Below are positions 39,247-50,250 of a DNA stretch of 64,000 bases, piece by piece. The notes under the pieces were generated by a model. That model had not been told where the DNA came from, did no database searches, and saw nothing but the letters and a program-made list of their open reading frames with translations. Each line of letters starts with the position of its first letter. Positions within the stretch are counted from its first letter, which is position 1. The position numbers were made by a program, and so were the translations under genes. Origin of the DNA: Paragordius varius (Eukaryota > Animalia > Nematomorpha). The stretch is taken from assembly GCA_964247055.1 (NCBI GenBank), contig OZ176050.1, positions 5,642,001-5,706,000 of the forward strand, given 5' to 3'.

Positions 39247-39655
39247 TTATTTTTTGAAAAATTTAAAAACTTTATCTTTAAATTTATTGGTTTGCAAAAT
39301 TATGTTATCGGCTAAATGAGTATCATCATCTGGTTTGTGGGTGTTGATCAATTCTTGGTCCTTTTCGCATGGCTGTAATTTATATTTATCACGAATGTTC
39401 TCACGCACTTCAGCACGTTTCAAACTCCTTTCCAACGCCATTTTTTCTTTAAGTCTAAAAATAGGTTTTAAAATACTTTTTTTGTTTTTCGAATGCTTTT
39501 CTTGCTTCTTCAGACATGGTCGGCATGACAGGTACCGATGATTCGTTTTTGTCATTGGACTTTCCTTCTATTTTATCAACGATTTCATTAAATCCTTCAT
39601 TAAATTGTTTAACAACAGGGTTCGAACCAACTGCATATTTAATTAAATGGTCCAT
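39247..39655 (-). CDS. CPLX: Complexin-like (synaphin family) SNARE-binding protein, 128 aa
   Basis: Exons 39655-39477 and 39454-39247 joined across a 22-nt GT..AG give MDHLIKYAVG...MSEEARKAFEKQKKLKEKMALERSLKRAEVRENIRDKYKL...KDKVFKFFKK*. The RAEVRENIRDKYKL segment matches the complexin central helix (RxxxRxxIRDKYxL); size and amphipathic termini also fit. Confidence 0.7.
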
Positions 39656-39980
39656 ATCATATCACGCACTCATTAAATCATTAGTTTATTATGGTATAAA
39701 TTGAACGGTAAAATTTATTAACACTTCGATTCGAATTGGGATGACTATGGACACTTGACCATATTCAAATTAGATATATCAAAAATACTGAAAAAAACAA
39801 ATCAAATTTAAATTTAGCTTTTATTTTAATAAAAATTATAAAAAGTCGAAATATATATGAAATTTATTCCAAAAAAGCTTCATATCATACTAATTTAGCT
39901 TTTCATCTTTTTTGATATTTTAACTTAAAACTAAAGTTTATAACAATATGAATTTTGGGGAAGTTTTACCATAGCGATTT

Positions 39981-41131
39981 CTACACTTCGATTCAATTTG
40001 GGGTATTTAAATACCCCAGACTAAATTGAGTTAGGATTATAAAAAACTACTGAAGAAAACGGTACCAATTTAAAATTATGCTTCTACCTAATAAAAATTA
40101 TATATATATATGCCAAAATATCTAAATAAATTTTTGCTTTGAAAAAAAAGTTCCATGTCTAACTACTTCGACGCCATTTTTATTTTAAAAAAAAATTTTG
40201 AAAAATATCGTCCATTTAAATTTTAGGGTAGAATTAAAGCAACTACATCTAACATTGATAGAAATAGAAAAAGCGGTTTATTTTGTGTTATTTTTCAGTT
40301 CTACCGTTGTACACATGTCACGTTGATTAAATTTTTACCTTTCGGTTTTAGCTTAAAATTAATATCAAGTATTTTAATTAAATTTTTATTATATTTTGGT
40401 TTACTGATGTTATATAAGTGCAAAATTTTGCCATGTTTTCCATTCCTACCATATTTTTTATAGAATTTAATTTTAAACAGGCCTGGGGTATTTAACTACC
40501 CCAATTTGAATCGAAGGACTAAAATAATAAGTGTTAAATTTGAAAAAAAAACTATTTTAGGTATCAACACTTGGATACAACTCATTCGTTTCAGTCCTTC
40601 GATTTAAATTGGGGTAGTTGAATACCTTACGCTTATTTAAATAAAAATATTTCAATATATATGGAATAAATTTAAACCATGGCAAAATCTTGCATTGAAA
40701 CGAAATATAGTAAAAAATTCATGGAAAAATACTTGATATTACGTATTAAGGGGTATGACCAAAAGATAAAAATTTTGCCAAGATGACATGCATGCATAAG
40801 CAATATACAAAAATTATGCAAAATATACCACTTTTTCTCTATATATCAATGTTAATTTTGATATTAATAAAAAGTTAATTTAATTTTAAGCTTAGATTCA
40901 AAACCCGATATTTTGCAAACATGTTGTAAAATAAAAATGGCGTCCAAGTAGTTTAATACGGTATTTTTCCAAAACTAAATTTTATTTGGATATTTTGGCC
41001 TTTTCACACAATGTTTATTGGGATAGAAGCATTAATTTAAATTGGAACCGTTTCTCTCAGTAGTCTTCTAATAATATTAATTTAAATATTGTCTGTGGAT
41101 TAAAGATATTTCAATTAACATCAAAGTGTAG
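39981..41131. repeat. ~1.15-kb imperfect palindrome made of two inverted ~540-bp MITE-like copies
   Basis: Outer ends CTACACTTCGAT / ATCAAAGTGTAG; inner ends ...TACCCCAATTTGAATCGAAGGACTAAAA (to 40524) / TTTCAGTCCTTCGATTTAAATTGGGGTA (from 40589). The arms align in reverse (e.g. TACTTCGACGCCATTTTTATTTT / AAAATAAAAATGGCGTCCAAGTA). A third TIR-like motif lies at ~39719-39740. Confidence 0.8.
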
Positions 41132-42039
41132 CCAAATTTAAAATATTCTTTCATTAGTTTTTTAGGCGCATCAAAAAAAATATTTACAAAGAAACGTCAA
41201 GTTATAAAAAATCTCCTACTTTATCAGCATTTTTTTAATTTATAATCGCTAATACAACAGACAAATAAATGTATACTATTGTTAGAAAATCTAAATAATT
41301 ACTTTAAAAAGCTTTCAGGCTATATACCAGCAAAACTTAATAAATTTTGAATTTATAATCAGCTGTTCATTCCAATCATTGTTTTTCAAGTCCCGGTTTT
41401 AGACTCTAAAATCCAAAAATCTGTTAAAAACACAGTGCCCACAAAAAATAACCTGTTGAAATATATATTTCCTGATAGGAGGATCATCATTTTGGTTTTG
41501 GTCCAAATGATACTAGAAAGTTTTTTATACTTTTATGGTAAGTGCTTCATTTCAGATGGCAAAATTGTCGGGATTGCGCAATAAATATTTTAAATATATA
41601 TTTATTTTAACAAAACAATATTATCAAAAAATGCATACTTTTTTCATAAATTTTATTTTCAGGAAAATTTTGTACTAGTTTGAGGATGATGGAAAGGATA
41701 TAAGATTTAGGTATTATAAAAACACTTCTATATAATTTAGTAACTGATTTCTATGACCTTAGATTTTGATTCAAATATTCATTCATCTTCAAATTTTACT
41801 TTTACCATTCACCAAATTTTTAAGCACAAACCTTTGTAAATATGCGTATTTTTTTTTGTATTTTTTTCATTTCTTTTTATTGATATATTTATTTATCTAT
41901 TTTTGATTTCATTAAACTATTAATTACTATGTATTTTAGTGTTTATTTTTTTTATCTATTATATTATTTTTGTTAATTGTGTGTTGTTTTATGGGTGTTT
42001 TTAAAGCGTGTAGGCCAGACCAAACCAGTCGCTGCACGG

Positions 42040-45000
42040 AGGTAGGGGCCAATAGAGATAAAGAATGTTGTAAAATTGTTTTGCCAGTTAAGTTGTATGT
42101 AGTTGAAACTATGAGGGTAAAAAAGGTAAATTTTTTGTGCATTCAGGAGACCAGATACCGTGGAAACGGCACTAAGATGTTAGAGAGCTATAAAATTTTT
42201 ATTCATGCTCTAGTTACTGTGGGGTCGCCATAATAGTATGTCCAAAATTTGCCAATCAAGTAATTGAGGTTAGACATGCTGACAGTAGAATTAATAAGAA
42301 GGCTTTTACCATCTTTAGCGTTTATGCTCCCCATATAGGGTTAAGTATACCGGAGAAAGTTAAATATTATGATTTGTTAGATGGAGAAATGACTTCATTA
42401 ACGAAAGACAGAGAAATCAAATTTGGAATGATTTCAATGGGTATAAGGGACAAAATAGGAGAGGTTTGAGCCTTGGCACAGCGGAAAAGGCCACCGGGTT
42501 ATCAATGAAGAAGGAGCTAGTTTATTAAGATTTGCTCAATCTTAAAACTTAGCTATAACAAATACCTTTTTTACTAAAAGGGATAGCCATTTAATTACTA
42601 AGTCATAAATAGAGTATATTCTGGTACCGCGAAAGTTTTTAAAGTTTGTTGTGGACTACAAAGTCAGACCTAACCTGTAGATTAGTACACAACATGCTTT
42701 AATTATGTGCATATATGACAGATATACCAATAAATCCTAAAAAGCGTAAACTTATAGCGCCATAAGTAATTAAATGGAATTCCTTAAGAAACAGTAAAGT
42801 TAGATTCGTAGAAACGATAGGCATGCTAGACATAAACAGCGATCTAGATAGTGTTTGGTCTTAGGCGGCTAAAAAAATTAGAGAGGCGGGAGTTAAGGTG
42901 TGCGGAATGAAAAATGGTAGAAATCAGGTTTATAGAGAGGCATGGCTGAAAGATAGAATAATTTTAAAATCGCGAGAGAAAAATAAAGCTTTTAAAATGT
43001 GGAGGGTTATCCACCATCCTGAAGACAAGGAAAAATATAAAAGGATTAATATGGAGCTTGTGAGATTGGTCAAAAAAGAGAAGACGGCAACATTATATGA
43101 GGAGTTAAACAGAAAGCAAGGTATAAACAAAGTGTTTAGAATTGCTCGATAAAGACACAGAAGAAGGCTGGACTTGCCCCCTTACGCAACCGCTATTTAA
43201 GACAAAAATGGCATAATACTCGTTAAAGAAGCGAAAATTTTGAAGAGGTGGAAAGAATATTTCCAGTACCTTGAATTCGGCGTTGAAACAAATTATATCT
43301 CTGCGCATATTTAAAATATAAACAGGTTGGTTTAGAAGGTGTTTATAAATAAGGCTACAGGTCCAGACAATATTAACATCTGTTGGAAAATAATGTTAGA
43401 GAAGGTATTAAATTTTTGACGGATATGTTTAATAATGTAGTTACTACAGGTATAATACCAACCGAATGGAAGGAGAGTTTTACTGTCCCATTTTCAAGGG
43501 TAAAGGATATATTAATGATTGTAATAATTACAGAGAGATAAGTTTGATGTCGCACAATGAAGTTGTTTGAGAAATTACTAGCGAAACAAATGAGAAAAAT
43601 AGTTAGTATAGAGGGTAATCAATTTGGTTTTATTCCAGGAAAGTCCACCATTGATCCGATTCACGCAGTAAGAAGGCTAATTAATCATATAGAAATGAAA
43701 AAGGAGTTGCATGGTATTTTAATCGATATTGAAAAGGTGTTTGACAGAATATTACGGAGTATAATATGGTAGATTTTAGGACGAAAAAACGTTCCTGAAA
43801 GTTACATAAAATCGGTCCGTTACTATTTATAATATGCATCGCCGTAATTTCAAGAGAAGTGGGGCAACAATATGGCTGGTCAGCGACCTCAGAGTGCTGT
43901 CAGACAAGTTGCATGAATGAAAGAATTGGTGAGCAAATGGATGGATGCTTTACGACGGTGCGATTTAAACGTTAAAAGAAAGAAAACGGAACTTATAAAT
44001 TTCGGTAAGAAAAAACGAGAAATGGAATTAGAAGAAGGCTGGGTATTAAAAGGTCAGGAGGAATGCAAATAGTTAGGAGCGATTTTAGCAGAATATGGTT
44101 CTTTAACGCATGATATAAATCTAAGAATTCGTAATATACCATTTACACTTCAAGAGTGTCCTTGAACAATTCAAGTTGGTCCTTGAACAATTCAAGTTGG
44201 TCCTTGAACAGTTCAAGTTGGTCCTTAAAATTTATAAATTTTGATTTAACCATAATTTTTGCATTTATTTTTTTATTTAATTATTTATTAACCTAATTTT
44301 CTTTATTTATTATATATTTATTCATTTGAAAATAAAAATTTTTATTGAAAAACTTTTTTTTTGTTTCAAACTATTTTTTTTTAATTGAACAAAATTTTTG
44401 ACTTTTAAATGTTTTTAATGAAAAATTTTAATTAATAACCTAGAAAACTTATATATTTTTTCATTTCGTGCTAAAATCTTATAAATATCCAAAATTATTT
44501 TAAGAAATTAATAAAGATATATGGTTTCTCAAAGATTAAAAGTTGATATCGATTTAAAATTTATGTATAGACGAATTATTTTCGATTTGATTGATAAAAA
44601 TTAAAAACAAAACAAAAAAGTTAAAGGACCAACTTGAACTGTTCAAGGACCAACTTGAATTGTTCAAGGACCAATTTGAACTGTTCAAGGACACTCTTGA
44701 AGTGTAAATGGTATAGTTGAGCAAATTATAAAAAGATCTCAAATGTTTTGTGCGATAAAAATACTGAATTAAAAGTCAAGGGTAAGATTTACAGTGCCGT
44801 TATACAGCCAGCAATGATGTATAACTCACAGACATGGGCAATAAAGAAATCAGAAGAGAGGCACTTTGAGGTTACTGAAATGAGAATGCTTAGATTGATG
44901 TGCAGTGTAACGAGGAATGACAAGGTGAAGAATGTCTACATAAGAGGAAGTACGGAAATCAAACCGGTAACGCAAAAGATGATGGTAAATCGTTTAAGAT

Positions 45001-45190
45001 GGTTGGGACATGTCGAAAGAAGAGATAAAAATTACATTGGTAAAAAGATTGACGATTATATGTGAAATGTAAGAGGGCGCCCTAAAACGCGATAGATAGA
45101 TACAGTTAGGAGGGAAATGGCAAAACTGAAATAAAAACGCGCGGACACCATAGACAAGGTTCTATGGCGAAATAGGTTTAGGATATGACC
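42040..45190 (+). mobile_element. Degraded near-full-length RTE-clade LINE (APE endonuclease + reverse transcriptase) with frameshifts, an internal deletion and a nested MITE
   Basis: APE motifs VNFLCIQETR, FSVYAP, NTFFTKR; RT motifs KATGPDNI, NYREISLMSHTMKLFEK, NQFGFIPGKSTID, IDIEKVFDR; C-terminal KGKIYSAVIQPAMMYNSQTW and NRLRWLGHVERR, RGRPKTR. Boundaries are approximate. Confidence 0.9.
44137..44713. mobile_element. TA-TSD MITE (577 bp) with ~90-bp TIRs carrying three 21-nt subterminal repeats, inserted in the LINE
   Basis: TA|TACCATTTACACTTCAAGAGT(GTCCTTGAACAATTCAAGTTG)x3 ... the mirror image ...GAAGTGTAAATGGTA|TA. Removing it restores LINE continuity (RIRNS...ISNVLCDK). Confidence 0.92.
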
Positions 45191-45229
45191 GCTCGAAAAA
45201 GTGATATCATATAATGTAATTATATTATT

Positions 45230-45640
45230 TTTATATAAGTTATTTTTACTGTATTAAATATTATTGTTTAGATTTTAATAATAAGTTTAGCCAGTAAATA
45301 ATTGAATAAAATTATTTTGATATATTTTAATAAAATTTTTTATGTATATTAATTAAAGGAAAAACTAAATTTTTTGATTTGATTATTAATAAAAACCCTA
45401 ATTATATGATTTAAAGCCATTTATATGTAAACATCTGATATAATTATAATAAATTTAATATCTCAAATTATCATTTTTTTATTATCCTTAATTTTTACTT
45501 TCCCAATTTTAATTTCTTTCAATATTTCAAAAATTAGGTCGTCAACAAATAAAAATTTTTGTGGCAAATGAATTCGTTTGGTTATAAGCCTCACAAAAAA
45601 TTTTTTTTGATAAAAAATTGACCCTATTTTTTACACACAA
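45230..45640. mobile_element. Diverged half-copy of the 58661-59852 palindromic element
   Basis: AATTAGGTCGTCAACAAATAAAAATTTTTGTGGCAAATGAATTCG...TTTTTACACAC matches the right arm at ~59740-59852. Confidence 0.7.
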
Positions 45641-45873
45641 TGGTGTATTAAGTGTTAAATAAAAATTTTCAAATATGAGTCCGGATCGTTTATCCACACA
45701 ACCAGTTAAACATAAACTGGAGAAACAGTTTCATTTTTGATAAATCATTAGTACCGGTTTCAAAGGTTCTTTTCGCCAATTACACCTTATTTAAATAAAA
45801 AAACCTGTAGATTTTGTTACATAAAACAATTTATTAATATGTCAATTAAGCGCATAATATAAATAAGTAAGAA

Positions 45874-48799
45874 TTAATGTCCGTTAGTTTTCTTTTCACT
45901 GTATTTTTTGGTATATTCTTCAGCGTTTTTCATGAATCGTTTTTTGTCTTTTGTAAACTCCTCCGCTATCTCAGCTCTCAAAGGGTGCTCTGGTTCAGGT
46001 TCTTCAATCTAAATTAGGGATAACAACAATGTTTCATAAATAGTTAAAGAATTTCTGTGGGATAAAATGCTATTACTTATATGATTATATTTAAAAGGCA
46101 TAAAAAAGCTTTTATCATATAAAAATAAAACAACCCAAGATAATTATATGTGTATCACAGTTCAGTTTTATTCTTATGCGATAATTAAAACAAACAAAAA
46201 AATAGGGATTGAACCCGAAACCATTTGATGCTAAAATGTTTGTACAAATAGGGAGCACAGTTACAAACGACCCAATTATAACAATAAATAATTTGTTTAA
46301 TTTTCGTGTATTAAAATAATTATGCTAACTGAAAATTAATAAATGGAACCAAAATAAAACAATGGCAGAAAAGGATGCAGACACTTAAACTAGATATAGT
46401 CCTTATATAAAAACGGTTTTAGTTCCAACCACTAATATAAATATTTCATTTACCATTATAATGTGGCTTAAAATGCTTTATATATATATTATCAATATAC
46501 AGTATGCATTTTAATGTATGTTCAGTAATTTTATTGCCAGTCCAATAACATAAATGGTTTATCCAATGCGTAAAATACTGACCCACGAAATTATTTCGTA
46601 GTACACATATGAAAGAGGATTGACGTGAGAATAAACATAGGCTTTAATTTGATGGATATTTCGTAATGTTAAATTTTGATAATATTATAGAAATTTATGT
46701 TAACATTTGTAATATTGTTGTTACGTATTTAGATGCGGAATTTTGTGTGTTTTTATCTTTGATAAATTAATAAATAGTAAAATACGTATTTTAAAATTTT
46801 TTATGTTAATTATTCTAAATTTAATAATATATATTTTTCAACATGCTAAATACCTGTATTAATTAATATTGGTATTATAATTTTATATAGTTGTTATTAC
46901 TAATTAAAAAAACACAGGTAAATATATATTTGTGAAAATTAAGTAGAATTTATATTTTTGTCTTTTATGTTTTGCATTCGCATACAGGTAAAAATGGATG
47001 TTACGGTTTTAGGTTTGACATTTTATTTTCGAATCCAACTTATATTTTAACAAACACCTTATGTCACCAAAGATTGAAAATAAGATCAAAATATAACCGC
47101 AATTTTTACCTGTATTTATTACAATGTCCAAAATATGTAGGTTAATTACAATTAACAATGCAAAACCTAAAATTTTTTTTTACTAAATTTGTTAAAAACC
47201 GCAATTTTTACCTGTATTTATTATAATGTCCAAAATATGTAGTAGTTAATTACAATTAACAATGCAAAACCTAAAAAACAAAAAAAACTAAATTTTTACT
47301 AAATTTATAAAAAACCGCAATTTTTACCTGTATTTATTATAATGTCCAAAATATGTAGTAGTTAATTACAATTAACAATGCAAAACCTAAAAAACAAAAA
47401 AAACTAAATTTTTACTAAATTTATAAAAAACCGCAATTTTTACCTGTAGTTATTAAAATGTCCAAAATATGTAGTAATTGATTACAATTAACATTACATA
47501 AAAAAAACAAAAAAAATTAATTTTGACTAAATTTAAAAACCGAATTTTTACCTGAGTAAATTGTCTGAAATACTTAAAAATTATTAATAATTAACAATGC
47601 AAAACATAAAAGACAAAAATCTAAATTCTACTTAAATTTTCACAAATATTATTTACCTATGTTTTTTTAATTAGTAATAACAACTATATAAAATTATAAT
47701 ACCATTATTGATTAATTGGTATTTAGCATGTTGAAAAATATTTAGTATTAAATTTAGGAATAATTAACAAAAAAAATTTTAAAATACGTATTTTACTATT
47801 TATTAATTTATCAAAGATAAAAACACACAAAATTCCGCATCTAAATACGTAACAACAATATTACAAATGTTAACATAAATTGCTATAATATTCTCAAAAT
47901 TTAACATTACGAAATATCCATCAAATTAAAGCCTATGTTTATTCTCACGTCAATCCTCTTTCATATGTGTACTACGAAATAATTTCGTGGGTCAGTATTT
48001 TACGCATTGGATAAACCATTTATGTTATTGGACTGGCAATAAAATTACTGAACATACATTAAAATGCATACTGTATATTAAATTTAAAAATGTAAATGTT
48101 GGCTAAAACAACTAACACCCTCATAAATTTTATAATAACATTCAATAGCTCAAATAGCAACCGATTTAGACTCGGTAAATATAGTATCATGTATTAATGA
48201 ACACTGTTCTTAGCGTATCTCGCATGCCAAATAGAATAGCATTTAGAAGTATCGATTTGTCTGTCTTTCATGAGAAAAACTTATAATTTAATTAATGTCG
48301 ATAATGTTGGAAGTTTAGGTTGTAAAAATATTTTAAACTAACGTACAAGACGGGCGTTTTAACCGACAAGAAAGGTATAAAAGTAAATAATTTAACCATT
48401 CCAATACGCGATTAGATAGTGTTTTAGGAAACGCGTTAAAAATTATTAATAAAATCAAATTTCAAATTATCATATAAATTTTAAATATTAAATAGAATCG
48501 ATGGCCCATCCGTCATCTTTCCAATATAAAGTAGCAAAAATTAAGACACATAACATTAGGGTGTATCAAAATGGTACCAAACGACAAAAATTGATAGAAT
48601 GCTGAAATATCACGTAAATGAAAAATTGCGTATACTGTAAGTACATAGGCATTGAACATGCAAGAATAATGATCTCAGAATAATATATGTAAATGTAAGA
48701 GTGATATAATAATTATTTGACATTTTTCATATTTGATTTTTACGGATTTTGCCACTTATGGTCAAAAAATATTTTTTTTAAAGTTCTTAGCAATATTAC

Positions 48800-48841
<42 letters not shown>

Positions 48842-50182
48842 ACTGAATAATATATGCAAGATATTAATTAAGGTTTTGTGAGAGACAGGGTGACTTCAAC
48901 TTATACAAAAATACACGGCGTCTCCGCATAATAATTTTTTTCATTTATATTATTTGATTTTTGGTTTATAATAGACGATAGAGGTTGAGGAACAGTAAAC
49001 GGCGCTTTTACGTTTTATTCTAAAAAAATCATGTTAGAAAGATGATTAGAGCCAATTTAGGTGTAAAAGCTGCTTTGCATAATTGTTAATTACAAGATTT
49101 GTATATAAATATATCACAAACGTATGTTAAGCAGTGCTAAATTAGCCGCTTAATACAATGAATGCGCAACTGTGCATTCAAAAACGGTTTTATGATTAAA
49201 AAATTCAAAGTATTTCTACAAATCGTAAATCGATAAATTAGCATAAAAATGGGTAGTTTAAACAGAGGTCCTACCTTAAGAATTTGCAAAATGGGTGTTC
49301 TATATAATTTCTTTATATAAACGAGTATTTCTAAATGCATCAATGTGAAGAGTAATATTTTTTTTATATTCATAAAACAACTTATGAACCAAATGCAGTA
49401 ATAACAATATTAATATTTTCATTAATCGTTATGTTGATTTGACGGAAATGGGTTTTATAAGATAGTTTTTATGTTTATTTTTAATTTTATTTCTGTAAAT
49501 GTCCATTAAGCTTTGTATTTTATGAGAATCACTTAATATTTGACCATTTTAATATTATAAAGGTAATATTTTATGAAATTATTTGTATATTGAGGATGTC
49601 AGGTAAGATTCAGAATAAATGACAAAATGGGCATAAAAAACTGATATCCAAAAAACTAATTTGTAACGGAAAACAATCACCTAATTAAATAATAATATGG
49701 CAATAAGATAAACCTTTAACACCATTTTATTCTTGAAATATTCCTGAGGATGATTAAATTTTTAGCCATAATTATTAGCGAATTAAAAAATGTCCAGGCA
49801 TTAAATATATGGACCTAACGAGCGATATGAAATTAATTATTACCAGAGTGACAAGCGATAAAATAACTTGATCAGTTTTTGTTGCGGGTTTCCAATTTTC
49901 TGGTCGTATGATAGGCAAACAAACTTGACCCTTTTCATCAATGTTAGGATGATATATTTTGGTTTTAAAATTAATTTTAGGTGGTTTAAATGGATATTCG
50001 GGCGGAAAGCCTATCTCAATTTTAAAACTTCCTTTATTGTAGGGAGGATTTCTAGGTGATATCAATCCTTTCCATAATAAAATATTGTTTTCATCAACTT
50101 GTATGTCGTGAAATATTTTTTTAATATCAGATGAGCCTTTCAAATCAACTAGCTCCTTGCTTAATCGCCTAGATGCTGCCAT
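45874..50182 (-). CDS. UBE2L3: Ubiquitin-conjugating enzyme E2 L3 (UbcH7), 157 aa
   Basis: Exon 1 50182-49844 ([11 protein letters not shown]...[52 protein letters not shown]) joins exon 2 46008-45874 ([44 protein letters not shown]) across a phase-0 GT-AG intron of 3835 nt. The HPN motif and catalytic Cys are intact. Confidence 0.96.
46500..48073. mobile_element. Foldback-like element: ~480-bp TIRs around a tandem ~110-bp repeat array, TA-flanked
   Basis: TATA|CAGTATGCATTTT...(to ~46978) is mirrored by ~47596...AAAATGCATACTG|TATA. Internal units start ACCGCAATTTTTACCTG at 47096, 47198, 47314, 47430 and 47539. Confidence 0.9.
48801..48838. repeat. (TA)n microsatellite
   Basis: 19 TA units in the UBE2L3 intron. 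Confidence 0.95.
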
Positions 50183-50250
50183 AGAAATTTTTTTAAATCA
50201 ACATGTGTTTCTTTAACTGTTTAAATGACTGTACAGGATATATTTGAAAT
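50183..50250. promoter_or_regulatory. 68-bp divergent (bidirectional) intergenic region between the UBE2L3 and KAT7 start codons
   Basis: Minus-strand ATG at 50182 and plus-strand ATG at 50251; contains the palindrome CTGTACAG at 50229-50236. Regulatory function is inferred from position only. Confidence 0.6.

Noticed and set aside
41479-41710. Cluster of splice-like signals, including an 18-nt GTAAGT...TTTCAG (41538-41555) and a short open segment EDHHFGFGPNDTRKFFILL
   Set aside because: No start or upstream exon, no recognisable protein, and joins end in stops within a few codons; could be chance or a non-coding transcript.
44158-44220. CRISPR-like short palindromic direct repeats
   Set aside because: The repeats are contiguous with no spacers, mirrored at the other end of a TA-flanked MITE, in a eukaryotic genome with no cas genes.
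46200-46280. Minus-strand B-box-like GGGTTCAATCCC as a tRNA or SINE head
   Set aside because: No convincing A-box, cloverleaf or second copy in the window.
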